The translations under genes and the position numbers were made by a program. Shown here in pieces: positions 40,854-55,348 of a stretch of DNA of 64,000 bases; position 1 is the stretch's first letter, and every line of letters starts with the position of its first letter. The notes beneath the pieces were generated by a model that was not told the origin of the DNA, did no database searches, and saw nothing but the letters and a program-made list of their open reading frames with translations. The DNA comes from Eledone cirrhosa (taxonomy: Eukaryota), in contig OZ024748.1 in the NCBI GenBank assembly GCA_964016885.1, positions 20,274,001 to 20,338,000 of the forward strand, read 5' to 3'.

Positions 40854-43814
40854 CCTAAATATTTTAAACACTTCTTTTTTCTTAAGACCATTCATCATCT
40901 TCATCATCATCATCATTTTACGTCCGCTTTTCCTTGCTTGCAAGGGTGGGACGGGAACTGATTCTGGCTTGATTTCTTCAGCTGGATGCCCTTCCTAACA
41001 CCAACCTCATTTACAGTGAGTACTGGGTGTTTTTTGCCGTGGCACCTCCACGACCACTTTGCAGTGGAATGATAGGTACTCCAGTCCCTATCATCTCATT
41101 TCTACAGCTGAGCAATGTGAAATAAAGTGTCTTGCTCAAGGAAACAACACATCAACCGGTCTGAGAATTGAACTCACAACCTTTCGATTGCAAGCCCAAT
41201 GCTCTAACCACTAAGCCATGTGCCTCCATGGTTAACATAATTGTTTGGAATAGTTGAAACCTCATTTAAGTAATAATTAAGCTTTCTCTTTAGAGCCAGA
41301 AAGTACTATTTCTCAGAACTGTTCACAATTTTATACAAGGCACAGTATTGGTAGAGGGTCGGACGCCATGCTTTGACGCGTAGAGTTACGGTTCTTGCCA
41401 TTCTGAGTTCAAATCCCGCCGAGGTTAACTTTGCCTTTCATCCTTACGGGGTCGATAAAATAAAGTACCAGTAATGCACTGGGTAATTGCTGGCCTTGTG
41501 CCTAAAGTAGAAACAATTATATATACATTAAAGCTCTGACATCTGGCAACTGACTTGGTAGACACCCACAAAATTTTTAATCATCTTTCCAACAACAACC
41601 CCGAGCAGCTTTTTGAATTCTATGTTTATAAATCCTGTGGACATGCTTACAAAATCAGAAAACAGTACAGATCCCATGACTTTCGTAAACATTTTTTCAC
41701 GCTCAGAATTGCTGAAGCATGGAACAAACTACCTGCATCAGTTGTTAGCTGTCGGTACACTGCACCCTTCAAAACTTCCATAATTCCCGAAATTCACCAA
41801 TTCACCTGATATTCCCCACTCCATTCACATGCATGCTTGTATCTGTATGTATATCATGACTTATACACTGTTCACTTTACTGATATCTATACATTATTCT
41901 ATGTACTATACATGCACCTTTGAGGATGAATATATAGTGCACCTGAGCACTGTACACAATGATTTTCATTATTATTATTATATTGCTATTCTGAGTTCAA
42001 ATCCCGCCGAGGTTAACTTTGCCTTTCATCCTTACGGGGATCGATAAAATAAAGTACCAGTAATGCACTGGGTCATTGCTGGCCTTGTGCCAAAAGTAGA
42101 AACAATTATTATTATTATTATTATTATTATAAGATTATTGGTTACACATATTAGATGTTACATCCAACACACACAGACATGTCACATTCTTTGTTATATT
42201 TTGGATCTTTAGTCTGGAGGAAGGGTCTGTGTCTGCAAGTCTGGTGATATTGATGCTGTTAACATTCCTCTTGAACAGCTGAAAGGTGATGACTACAAAA
42301 AAAAACAAAATACAACTGCATAGAAAGGAATTATTGTGTAATGGGGAAGAAGGATTGAGTAAAATCAACTACCATGCAGTGTAGTGTTGTGTCAATATAA
42401 CTACCACACAGTGTAATGTCAAAACTCTGTGTTAAGCCCTTTAAAACTTGTTAGGCTGGTGCTTATCTCAGTTTCATGGTGTGAAGCAAATGAGGGTACA
42501 AGACTTCCCCTGGACAGAACGCCAGTCCATCACAGGGTTAAACACCCAACTATTGCTGGGACTCATTTCCATCTGAATATACTGTAGCAGCATGAAATGA
42601 AGTGTTTTGCTCAAGAACACAACACACAACCCAGCCCATGAATCGAACTCATGACATTATGATCGCAAGTCCAACACCTTTAAATCTGGTGTTTCCAATG
42701 TTTGAAGCCAGTGAAACAAATTTAAAAAAAAACAGCAACTTTTTAATTATTTCAGAGGAAATAACTCATAGAATTCAACAGTTATCTTTCTTGAGTGCCA
42801 TTATTACAGTAGGGCGATGGATTGGCAGTATTGGTAGAGAGTCGGACGCCATGCTTTGAAGCATAGAGTTACGTCCCTTTATGATCTGAGTTCAAATCCC
42901 GCCGAGGTTAACTTTGCCTTTCATCCTTACGGGGTCGATAAAATAAAGTACCAGTAATGAACTGGGTAATTGCTGGCATTGTGCCTAAAGTAGAAACAAT
43001 TATTATTTGAACAATATGCTTTGCACATATAGTTACGGCTCTTTACATTATGAGTTCAAATCTCGCTGAGGTTGACTTTGCCTTTCATCCTTACGGGGTC
43101 GATAAAATAAAGTACCAGTAATGCACTGGGTAATTGCTGGCCTTGTGCCAAAAATAGAAACAATTATTACCTTATTTTTTCTTAGTCATTCTAGCAAATC
43201 AGGAACTATAACCCACGAAACTGTCAGTGGAATCTAATTGTTACCTCCCTTAGTTATCGCTTACTTTTATTTAGAAATTATGAGGGGGAAGTTTTAGTTT
43301 CAAATATTATCACCAGTAGTCCACATAGCCACCATAGTTTTTCTAAAATGACACATTTACATCAATACAGGGTTAGAGTTAGAGGATACGTCAAAGACCA
43401 CATACAGAGGAGCAGTAAGTAATGAGTTTAGTGACAAATTCAAAGTGCAGGAAGGTTTTCATCAGAGCTCAGTCTTCAGCCCACACCTGCTTGTTATAGT
43501 TCCTCAAGCGAGACGTAAAATAGCGATGATTATATATATATGTGGCTGATTGGTTAGAGAACTGGATTCACAATCGTGAGGTTGATAGTTCGATTCCAGG
43601 ACTGGGCGATGCGTTTATGTCCTTGAGCAAGACACTTTGTTTCACGTTGCTCCTTCTACCTGGAGTTGCGACCGATAGGTAGTATTAGCAATTGGAAAGA
43701 CCAACGGAAACATTGTTTCCTCGGTCCGATTTGACGAAAGTCGAGCGACAAATAAAATCTATAGATTGTTATATTTGGGGAGGGTTATATTGTTATAATA
43801 TTGCCAGAAATATA

Positions 43815-45122
43815 AAATATAACACACTCACTGTTTGGTTTTCTTGATGACATCACCCGGATCACTGATGGCAGCTCATGGGTGGATATTGTTTACCTTG
43901 ACTTTGCTAAAGCTTTCAATTCTGTGCCACACAAAAGACTTATGGCAAAACTTTCTGCAATGGGTGTGAGAGATGATCTTTTTAACTGGTTGAAACCTTT
44001 CATTCTCAGTCAAAAGAGGTAATCACAGTTCTAGGACAGCATTCTTCACTCTATGAGATGTCATCTGGTGCACTGAAGGGATCTGTTCTTGGGACCCTTT
44101 GTTTGTTGCATATATTAATGACATAGATGCCAAATTAAAAAATCCACAGTACTGAAATATGCAGATGACATCAAGCTACACCTTCAGATAAAAAGAACTG
44201 AACCTGAACACTCTAGATCTTTCCTGCAATCAGACCTGGACACCATGCAACAATGGATCATGGACTGGCAACTGAAGCTGGCTGTGGACAAGTGCACCAC
44301 CATGCATTTTGGGAGGAAAAACCCAGCATCCACATACTCCCTCCACAACACTAATATCAAGAAGTCTTCTTGTGAACGTGACCTGGGCATTACCGTCAGT
44401 AGTGATATGGATTGGACAAAGCACATCTCTAAAATTGTCAAGAAGGCCGAGGGTGACTTGGCATCACTCAACAAGACCTTTGTCAGCCACTCTCCAGCTA
44501 TCTATTTAAAGTTGTATATAGCTATGGTGTGGCCACACTTAGAATTTGCATCATCTGTCTGGAACCCCTATCTTGCTCAGAACATTGACCTCCTGGAACC
44601 TGTTCAGAGACGTGCAACCAGGCTAATACCCTCCATCAGGCATCTACCATACTCTGAACGCCTTGCTTCCCTGGGCATGGATACATTGAAGCTCCGACGT
44701 CTGGCAACTGACTTGGTAAACACCCACAAAATTATTAACCATCTTGCTAACAACAACCCTGAGCACCTTTTTGATTTCCATGTGTCTAACACACATGGGC
44801 ATGACTACAAAGTCAGAAAACACCACAGCGCCCATGACTTTCGGAAACATTTTTTTCATACTCAGAGTTGCTGAAGCATGGAACAAACTGCCTGCATCAG
44901 TTGTTAGCTGCCAAGACACTGCATCCTTTAAAACCCCCATGCTTCTTGAAATTCGCCAACACTACACCTGATATTCCCCCTCTATACACACACATGTATA
45001 TCATGATGCATACACTGTTCACTTACCTGACATTTGTACATTATTCTATGTACTATACATGCACCTTTGATGAGTTATAGTGCACCTGAGCACTGAACAC
45101 AATAATTTCATTATCATTATTA
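43815..45122 (+). mobile_element. CR1-clade LINE, 5'-truncated and frameshifted RT (3' fragments also at 3330-3671 and 41530-41981)
   Basis: VYLDFAKAFNSVPH, GSVLG, YADDIKL, LEFASSVWNPYL...VQRRATR motifs; (ATT)n tail. Confidence 0.9.
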
Positions 45123-45269
45123 TAAATAGATAGATATATAGAAATGATGATGATAGCATTGGTCAATATGAGGATACAGTAGAAGACACTTGCTCAAGGT
45201 ATGACGAAGCAGGATTAAACCCAGAACACCATAGCTGCAAATAATATTATTAACCCTACAACATGTATC

Positions 45270-45720
45270 TGTCCTGTTATTTGATATAACTTTACTTAGA
45301 CTTAGAAGCTCTCGTGTCTTGAGACACAGGAGGCAGCCAAAGTGCTCCGATGACCATTCAGCTGCATCTATCAAGACATCATTTCAACTTTTGTTGACAG
45401 GTTTCAGGTCTCTGTCAATTGTCTGCTGCCGGTTCAGCTTGGGTCATCCACTTCACCTCATTCCATGTATGGAGGATACCAATACAGGACCTGATTAGCC
45501 TGTCTCTCTCTTGGGAGTCATGTGACATTTCCCAACCAGTAAAGTCAACACATTGTACACAATGTTAGACACAAGTTATTGATGAAGGCTATCAATACAA
45601 GATCTGATTAGCATGTCTCTCGCATTATGTTCAACACACATTGTTGGTGGGTTCATTGACAGAATTTTTTTGTTGGTGATGAAGACCTCCCACCTGATGC
45701 TAAGAATTTTCCATAGTCAT
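45270..45720 (-). mobile_element. Degraded RTE-like LINE 3' fragment
   Basis: Reverse strand shows PKLN.QQTIDRDL remnants of the RTE C-terminus. Confidence 0.45.
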
Positions 45721-46031
45721 TTGGTGTCTAAACCTTTAGCATTTAAACCAACCATATCCAGCCAGAATTTTCTCACCTCTTTCTGTTCAAACCAGCTGTA
45801 ACCGACCACTCATACTGATGTTAAGGTATTGTTCTCAAAATAAATGATATCAAAATCTCATAGATTCGATATTATTTGAGATAATTATGTGAGGTAAGGC
45901 CTTTACCATGAAAATATAATAATATAGAGTAATGTAAATGCTAAAGGGTTAAATCATTTAACATAGATTAACTTTTGCAAACAAACAAAATTAATTAACA
46001 CAAAAAAAAAACATTTGTATTTTTAATATCA

Positions 46032-46037
46032 TTTATT
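46032..46037 (-). terminator. Candidate poly(A) signal of the myosin XV gene
   Basis: AATAAA on the minus strand followed by a U/GU-rich tract. It ends a ~5 kb SINE-poor stretch downstream of the stop codon. Confidence 0.5.
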
Positions 46038-47528
46038 GATAATGTAAACAAAAACTGTACAATTTAGTCTAAGTACACTGAAAATATACATTAATGTAGA
46101 AATATATTGTGCAAAAATATGCTTAGTAATTTAGGCAGGGTAAAAAATAATCTTTCAGTGTATATAAAATATATAAATTTTTACTTTTATTCAGTAGAAA
46201 GGAGATTTTTCTTTTTTCATAGAATTAACAGGAATATTTTTGGTACATATATGTCTCTAACAAATAACCAGTGGCTTTAATATATATTTTGGTGAACAAT
46301 TAAAATTAAGATCACATTTTTCTTTTGAAAATTTTGTTTAACAAAAAGATGTTTTAAAAGCAATTTTAGAGTAAAAAAAATATCTCGTGTTGAGAGCAAA
46401 TAAATATATAAAATAAGGGCATAAGCAGTGGGTCCCAATAAATGAGTTGAGCAAGGGACCCTGAAATCAAACACAATGACAACAACCTGAATAAATCTTC
46501 TACATTTTCTTTTTATGAAACATTTTTGGTGTATTCCTGTGAAAGAACTTAAACATAATTCTCTGGGTTTTATTTTTCTTTCATTAGTTTTGAGATTTAG
46601 ATTGTAGAAAATTTATATCATGGTCTTTTAAGGAAACTATATGGTACCAAAACCAGTTTTCCTCTATATTTAAAATATACATTCTTTCACATTTATTTTC
46701 TTATATTTTACACCACAAAAGTCATTTTTACATCGAAAAAACATAAAGTGTTAACCTTTTTCAAGATGGTTGCTTGATCATTTGTTTTTGCTGTCTATTT
46801 ATCACAGCGACAAATAGAACAAATCTGTAGTATCACATATAGTATTTCTATTAAATTCAGAATAAGAGAAAACTAACTTTGACTAAAGATAGTTTTGAAG
46901 AAATAAATTATCAAAAATGCATATTCTGTTTATATTTTTAGTCATTATTGTAACAATATCACAATCAGAACCAAAAAGCAGATCTAACTGAAGAAATATA
47001 GTTATTTAAAATATGAACAGCACTGTCTCAGATATGTCATCAGTCCTTTATTGTGGGCTTGAGCTTTGTATAAAATATCAGCAACTAATGAGAAGTGAAG
47101 TATATATATTTTTTAATCTACAGACTTCAATAGACAGTCTTAGCTATGGATCAGCAGGGATGATTATCAGAGATTGCAGTCAGTTTTCATCCTGTATCTA
47201 TCAAAGTGTGAAATGGAATGGATCTGCAGAATAACATGTATAACATATTTCATTCATATTCATTAATTCAGAGTCAGAGAAACCAGCTTTGACATATGAA
47301 CTTTGTTTATCGTTTAACAACATATTATTATTGTAAAAATATATTAGAAAGAAGCAGAACCTACCCCCAAAAGATAAGAGTTAAGTAACATGTGAAATGA
47401 AAGATATATATGTGTGTATTCTTATGTGTGTCTGAAGCACAATATTCACCAAGGAGGAAAGAAACTGTATATTCATTGAAAAACTAAAAGTTTCACAAAC
47501 AGATTTGTATAAACATATATAAAGTAAC

Positions 47529-47574
<46 letters not shown>

Positions 47575-47792
47575 GAATAGAGGCGGTAAAAACCAGTTAG
47601 ACCATTACTACCCCGACTCAATACTTGGAGTAGTAGAATGGGTAATATGGAAAATTTGGGACCCTAACATCAGAGCTCAGCCATCGGGGTCCCAAATAAT
47701 TTTATATATATATATGCACACAACACATATGTGCACTTTGTTGAGTGCTCTACCCTGCATAGTGAAGTGTCAGTAATTAACCAACACATACT

Positions 47793-47844
<52 letters not shown>

Positions 47845-48360
47845 GCACCAACGTGAGGTATATGATTTTTAATGCAATGAAATACCTATGACCGCTGGCA
47901 AATCACTGATGAGGGACTCATTTTATAACATGTTATCCATGTGCAACCCTGCAGTATTCTTCTCCCCATATTTTTCATATATATATATATATATACACAC
48001 ACATATATATATATTATAATTTTCAACTTCCTTACTTTTGTGAAAAATACACTTTATAAATCATCTGGAAAAAAAATACACTTTACATATAAAATTAAAT
48101 TTGTTCTTCTATCAAGTTCAATCATCATTGTGTGTGTGTCTGTGTATGGTACAGTAAACATATATATATGTAATATCGTTATATCATTTACTCTTTCATG
48201 AGATGAAAAACTTTCTGTAATATGTAATGTGTGAAACAAAAAGATGTAACGAGCAGTTGAGAAAATAAGAAAATAACAATTGCCTAACCTGGAAATTCTA
48301 GGACAACCTTTCTCTGAAGAATATTTACTAATTCAGTCATGGAATAATCTTTGCACCAAG

Positions 48361-49080
<720 letters not shown>

Positions 49081-49367
49081 CGTGTTATGATATGATTAAA
49101 TAATTATTTCTCCCACCAAAATTTGGCTCCATGGAATATAAACTTCATTTTTCTGTTTAAATGGTCTATAACTAATTACTATCATTTCTTGATATACCAA
49201 TTTTTTTTAAATTTAGAATATAATAACAATCAGAGTTAGGATTAGCAATGATGTTGTAATAAAATGATAAATCAATAAAATGTGTATAACTGTTGATTTT
49301 CTATATTATTAGTTTTTACTATGCAATATTAAATCACAATAAAATTTTTTTTTTTAGAAATGTATAA

Positions 49368-49399
<32 letters not shown>

Positions 49400-50408
49400 G
49401 TGCGTGTATGTACAAACATATATATATATATATGTTTGTATGTATATATACATATATGTTTGTATGTATATATATATATATGTATGTATTACATTTTCTT
49501 GAAGTATGTTTATAAATTCTTAAACAATTATGCTAATCATTAAATATTTTCACTATAATTTTCATTTTTCCTTTACCCCTACACCAAGTCACATTCAACA
49601 TTTGTAAAGAAGCTATGGTAATATTAATAATAAATAGGTTGATATGAAAATATTGAGTGAAAAAAAAACATTGAGTTCAATCAGTCATTTTTTTGGAACT
49701 TGTTAGAGGTGGGATGATAAGTTTTCACATCAATATATCAAATATAGAAAATATTTTCTTTAAACATTGATTTAATGTTTTATATATATATTTATATGTA
49801 TGTATATAAGTATGCATATATATATCTATATATATATATTTATATATATATTTATATATATATTTTTATTTTTATATATATTTTTACGTGTAAATATGTA
49901 TGGGTATATATATGTAGAGGTATATGTATATGTATATATATATATGTTTGTGTGTATATATACATGTATGCATTTATATATATATGTGTGTGTATGTATG
50001 TATGTATGTATATATATATATATGTGTGTGTGAGTGTATGTGTGTTTATATATATATTTATATATATATATATATATGAAGTAGTGTGCTAAGAACACAA
50101 TAAAATTATATCTGTATATATACACAATAGAGGTAACCAAGGCTGCATAAGTGTGAATATAAATTTACAAATTTTAGTATTTAGACATGTAAACATTCCA
50201 TATATATATACATATTTCCCTGTAAACTCTAAAAAATGTTAATACTCTATCACTTTCTTTTCCAAGTTATAAAATAATACATATATTTATACTAAAAAAT
50301 GTGGAAATCTATATAGACATTTATGCAGTCTTGGTTACTGCTTTTTCTGTAGTCATAGAGATATAATTTTATCACACACACTCACACACATATACATATA
50401 CATATATC

Positions 50409-50444
<36 letters not shown>

Positions 50445-50550
50445 TATATATACATACATATATACACACACACATATGTATATATATGTACATATAAATA
50501 TATACATTTGTATGTATATATATATATATATAAATATATACATTTGTATG

Positions 50551-50592
<42 letters not shown>

Positions 50593-50606
50593 TATACATT
50601 TGTATG

Positions 50607-50654
<48 letters not shown>

Positions 50655-50674
50655 CATATAAATATATACATTTG

Positions 50675-50713
<39 letters not shown>

Positions 50714-50742
50714 ACATATAAATATATACATTTGTATGTATT

Positions 50743-50780
<38 letters not shown>

Positions 50781-50794
50781 TATACATTTGTATG

Positions 50795-50849
<55 letters not shown>

Positions 50850-50961
50850 GTGTATGTATTTATATATATATACATACACATATGTGTGTATATATATATA
50901 TATATATATCATCATATTGCATCAGTTATGGCTGTCCCCATCCAACTGAGTTATCTGTGTC

Positions 50962-51060
50962 TCAGGAAGGAGCTACTGTTAGTTGTTGCATACTTAGTTT
51001 CTTCCTCTGTAGATTCAGTACATGCATATATTGACCAAGTAGGTTGGAGATCTCTGAACA
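50962..51060 (-). CDS. MYO15A: Myosin XV-like terminal coding exon
   Basis: 99 nt, [32 protein letters not shown] then TGA. Confidence 0.88.
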   Translation of the reverse strand, partial: CSEISNLLGQYMHVLNLQRKKLSMQQLTVAPS

Positions 51061-51110
51061 CTGAAACAGAAAATAATGGAAAATCATTACTACTACTACT
51101 ACCACCATTT

Positions 51111-51153
<43 letters not shown>

Positions 51154-51385
51154 ACTTCAAGCTTGGCCATATTTACATATATGCATTCGAAACTATAATG
51201 ATCCACAGAAGACAGTTGATGAGCGGGAATTGCCCTTGAGTTAGTGTATTCCATGGTTTCACCCATGAGTTTTTTTAATTATATATACTGACAACATTAA
51301 ATTATTCCTAACAAGCTCATATGTCCCAAGGCTCTGATACCATCAACACTATAAACACAGAGCTGGCATATCTAAGAACTGACTA

Positions 51386-51796
51386 ACTGCCTGATGAGGT
51401 CATAGCCATTCAATGGCTATTATCGAAATATATATATGGAGGCACATGGCTTAGTGGTTAGAGCATTGGCCTTGCAATCGAAAGGTTGTGAGTTCAATTC
51501 TCAGACCGGGTGATGTGTTGTTTCCTTGAGCAAGACACTTTATTTCACATTGCTCCAGTTTACTCAGCTGTAGAAATGAGATGATAGGGAATGGCGTCCC
51601 TATCATTCCACTGCAAAGTGGTCGTGGAGGTGCCACGGCAAAAAAGCACCCAGCACTCACTGTAAATGAGGTTGGTGTTAGGAAGGGCATCCAGCTGTAG
51701 AAATCAAGCCAGTATCAGTTCCCGTCCCACCCTTGCAAGCAGGGAAAAGTGGACGTAAAATGATGATGATGATGATGATGATGATGATATAGCAGT
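51386..51796 (+). ncRNA. Hammerhead motif interrupted by a SINE
   Basis: ACTGC-CTGATGA-12 bp stem II-GAAA-TATAT [SINE 51438-51788] ATA-GCAGT. Confidence 0.55.
51438..51788 (+). mobile_element. tRNA-derived CORE-type SINE with RTE tail (copies at 11739-12060, 40895-41228 and 61636-61961 on minus)
   Basis: A box TGGCTTAGTGG, B box GAGTTCAATTC, CCTTGAGCAAGACACTT core, and tail CCCACCCTTGCAAGCAGGGAAAAG...(GAT)n. Confidence 0.88.
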
Positions 51797-52145
51797 AAAT
51801 AATAGCAGCAATTGACTTATGTTTCGTCTCTATATATATTTATATATATATACACACATATATATTTATATATCGATAGTCGATCGACAACATCTCAGAA
51901 CTCATCAGATCAGTCCAAGGAAACAATGTTTCCATTGGTCTCTCTAATTGCTAATACTATCTACTGATCCCAAATCCAAGCAGAAGGAGCAATGTGAAAT
52001 AAAGTGTCTTGCTCAAGGACATAATGCATCAATCGCTTGGTCTGGGAATCAAACTCACAACTTCATGATTGCGAATCCAAATCTCTAACCACTCAGCCAC
52101 GCGCCTGCACAAATATATACATATATATTGTCAGAAATTAATATA

Positions 52146-52298
52146 CCATATTTCCCGGCGCCGAAGACGCTTGGTCCTCGAGGATGCACCCTAATTTTGA
52201 CAACCAAAAATTTGAAAAAAACTAATAAACAGGATGCATGGTAGATTTTGAAACTTATTTTTGGAAAAAAGTAGCATCTTCGATGCCAGGAAATATGG
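52146..52298. mobile_element. pogo/Tigger-type MITE
   Basis: TA TSDs and ~25-bp imperfect TIRs CCATATTTCCCGGCGCCGAAGACGC / GCATCTTCGATGCCAGGAAATATGG. Confidence 0.8.
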
Positions 52299-52431
52299 TA
52301 TTTAAAACCTGTATCACCATGAAATTAAATATTTATGTTAAAAAAATAAAAAAAATAAAAAAACACCACTACCCAACTACCACCACCCTACAAAAAAGGA
52401 TGGAGAATACACCACAAAAACAAATACTTAC

Positions 52432-52566
52432 TTGATCTGTTTCAACTCTGGATATTTTCTGAGCCATCAAATTACCCAATTTCATGTCCAGATAGCTTTT
52501 GCTATTTTCTGAATTATAACGCCGAGTTGACAGTATTTCACTGAAATCATAGGCTACAATTGTTTC
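52432..52566 (-). CDS. MYO15A: Myosin XV-like FERM exon
   Basis: 135 nt, ETIVAYDFSEILSTRRYNSENSKSYLDMKLGNLMAQKISRVETDQ, typical of invertebrate myosin XV FERM-C. Confidence 0.92.
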
Positions 52567-53348
52567 CTGAAAAATAGACAACATCAGAATAAAAATGTTA
52601 TACAGAATTGTCCTCTCATAGCTTAACTTAAGAATCTGTCTCTCTTTTACTTCTTATATTGGTTTCAGTCATTAAATTGTGGCCATACTACAGTACCAGC
52701 TTAACCCGGTCATATCTGGCCATAACCCAGCATTTAAACCGGCCATATCCAGCCAGAACTCTCATTTCTTTCTGTTCAAACTGGCTGTAACCAGTCACTC
52801 ATACTAACATTAAGATATTATTCTCAAAATAAATATCATCAAAATCTCATAGATTCGATATTATGTGAAATAATTATGTAAGATAAAGCCTTTACTGTGA
52901 AAATATAATAGTATATATAGAGTAATGTAAATGCTAAAGGGTTAAACAGAGGGATTTAGTCAATTGTATTGAGTGAAGCAATTTTTCTTTTTTAAATCTG
53001 GTATTTATTTTAACAGCCACTAACACACACACACACACAAACATGCACACAAACACACGCACATATATATATGTTGAAACGGCTTGAGCTCTGCTGTCGG
53101 GGTTAAACTTATTCCTATATATATATAATAAAGAGAGACAAACTTGAGCTATTTTAATTATAAGGGACTATTGTGAGTTTTTAACTTAATATACATATTA
53201 TATATATATATATATATATATTAGGGTAAACATTGATGCAATTCAATTCAAGCACTCAACGTACTTTTTCCACATAGGAGTGACGGAGTAAATATCGAAT
53301 AAGTAAAAGCGAAGTAGTTGAACATCTGAAACTACTTTGCTTTTACTT

Positions 53349-53415
<67 letters not shown>

Positions 53416-53502
53416 TGAGTGAGTGAGTGAGTGAGTGAGTGAGTGAGTGAGTGAGAATAAGAAGTCAGATTTGCAGCTTCTTATGAAATTTTATTACAAA
53501 TT

Positions 53503-53588
53503 TTATTACAATTGTTTCAATATCGATCAGCTCGGGTTTGATCAGGCGATCAGATCCCGACTCTTAATCGACACTTCCTCAGAAATGT
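53503..53588 (-). ncRNA. Hammerhead-like motif with long stem II and decayed stem I
   Basis: Minus strand reads CTGAGGA-long hairpin-GAAAC-AATT-GTA. Confidence 0.45.
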
Positions 53589-53684
53589 GAGTTTACATGG
53601 GTGGTCCCATTATACTTGGAGCACAACCCAACAAGAGACAGACCCCAGAACCGCATCGAGTGCTTCGACCAGCGTCACCACAAG

Positions 53685-53739
<55 letters not shown>

Positions 53740-53916
53740 ATCATAAAGGTCAGGTGGTGGTGTTAAATTGGGTGACAGGTTAAGTCTACTACTCAAGATT
53801 GGTTAAGACTTTATTACCAAGAAAGTGGTAACAAAAAAAGTTAAAACCTATTCTTGGCATCGCAACCACAGTGCTCATAATAATTTAAAATAATGTAGAA
53901 AATTAACAAAACTCAC

Positions 53917-53994
53917 ATGAGCCTCCTTCGTAAGGATTTGTATTCCATTTTTGTTGACAGCAAGGTAGCATTCCCCAATGTTGGGTGGGATAGA
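53917..53994 (-). CDS. MYO15A: Myosin XV-like FERM exon
   Basis: 78 nt, SIPPNIGECYLAVNKNGIQILTKEAH (FERM-C LAVNxxG). Confidence 0.9.
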
Positions 53995-54164
53995 CTACAA
54001 TGAAAATAAATACAAACAAATATATTTAAAAATAAAACAAAACATAAAACAAAGAAATAAAATTACAAGCATGTTTTTTAATTAGGCAGTGTTTATTCCT
54101 TTGTTACCACATTTCTGATGAAAGGTACTGCTGGTAAATTTTCAAATAATTTGGAAAATAATAA

Positions 54165-54846
54165 ACTGGCGGGTGTAAAATCAGTTGGCTGGAATTTGCA
54201 GATAAAATGGTATTACTTATCTCAATAGAAGGTGAACCGCAACATGCACTTAGTAAGTTTGATGCTAGGTGTTACATGGCTGGAATGAAATTCAGTGATG
54301 CAAAAACTGAGACACTCGTCCTCTCAAGAAAGCCTGTGTTGTGCACTCTACATGTGAACGGGGTTCCACTGAAGCAGGTGGAAAAGTTAAAATATTTCAG
54401 GGTCATGTTCACTATCTTCAATTCTGTATCAGTACCAACCCTTACCTATGGTCATGAAGCTTGGGTAATGACTGAAAGAATATGATCGCAAATACAAGCA
54501 GCCAAAATGGGGTTCCTTTGAAGGGTCTTTAAAGTAATGTTACATGATAAAGTGCATAGCTCAGAGATCAAATAGTCATTCCAGGTAGAGCCCTACTCTG
54601 AATTGAGAGATCATAGCTCTGATACTATGGGCATATGGTTAAAATGTCTCGGAAAAGAAACGCTGGACAGATTTTATTAGGAAAACAAACCATCAGGAGA
54701 CCCAGAGCAAGATGGTTGGATAACATCCATGAGCTTGGCTGGTCTCGCTTGGGGATCCAGTTGGATCAGTTGGTGATGATTGCTTCTGATAGGACCCACT
54801 GGAAGGACTGTTTGAGGATCTTCCTACCACAACCCTTGCAGGAATA
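54165..54846 (+). mobile_element. Rex3/Expander-type RTE LINE fragment (second 3' copy at 59495-59895)
   Basis: AGMKFSDAKTE...QVEKLKY...PTLTYGHEAWVMTERI...RPRARWLD. Confidence 0.8.
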
Positions 54847-54924
54847 AGTGAGCGAAAGAGGAGAAGGATGAGATGTAGAAGAAGTTTTTTTTTTTCTCCT
54901 TTTCTCTAATAAGTTATTACTTAC

Positions 54925-54974
54925 CTTTAGTTTGAAGAAAGTTGAGCCAAACAATTTCCAGTTTAACAGAATAT
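54925..54974 (-). CDS. MYO15A: Myosin XV-like FERM exon
   Basis: 50 nt, (Y)ILLNWKLFGSTFFKLK (FERM WxLFGSxFF motif). Confidence 0.9.
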
Positions 54975-55211
54975 CTGAAAAGATGAATAGAAATGTTTAA
55001 ATTACCTAACTTACTGGAAACTATCAAACAGTTTAGTTGTACAGTGGCATGATTCAATTTTCACGTTAAGTTTCTTAACTATTCTGTTAATATACACAAT
55101 AAAACACACATATACACAAACATGCATACATATACACAACTACACACAACACAAATACACACATATACACAACACACGCACACAAATACACACATATATA
55201 TATATACTTAC

Positions 55212-55348
55212 ACAAGAAACGAGCTTTGCTTTGTATTGGTGATAAAGATATTCTATTTGTCTCTGCATGTATTTTATTCAACCAATGCTGTGGTTTATAG
55301 GCTTTAATTGCCAAAACTGATCGAGGGATAATATTTGGCAAATTTTTT
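55212..55348 (-). CDS. MYO15A: Myosin XV-like FERM exon
   Basis: 137 nt, KNLPNIIPRSVLAIKAYKPQHWLNKIHAETNRISLSPIQSKARFL, phases consistent. Confidence 0.9.

Noticed and set aside
44245-44874. 209-aa ORF as a host gene
   Set aside because: Part of a frameshifted CR1 reverse transcriptase.
47905-47960. CTGATGAG hammerhead half-core (also CTGAAGA at 9894 and CTGATGA at 54115)
   Set aside because: No stem II followed by GAAA and stem III.
51438-51512. tRNA gene candidates (also 62411, 8168, 56180)
   Set aside because: A/B boxes run into repeated SINE bodies, with no complete cloverleaf or poly-T terminator.
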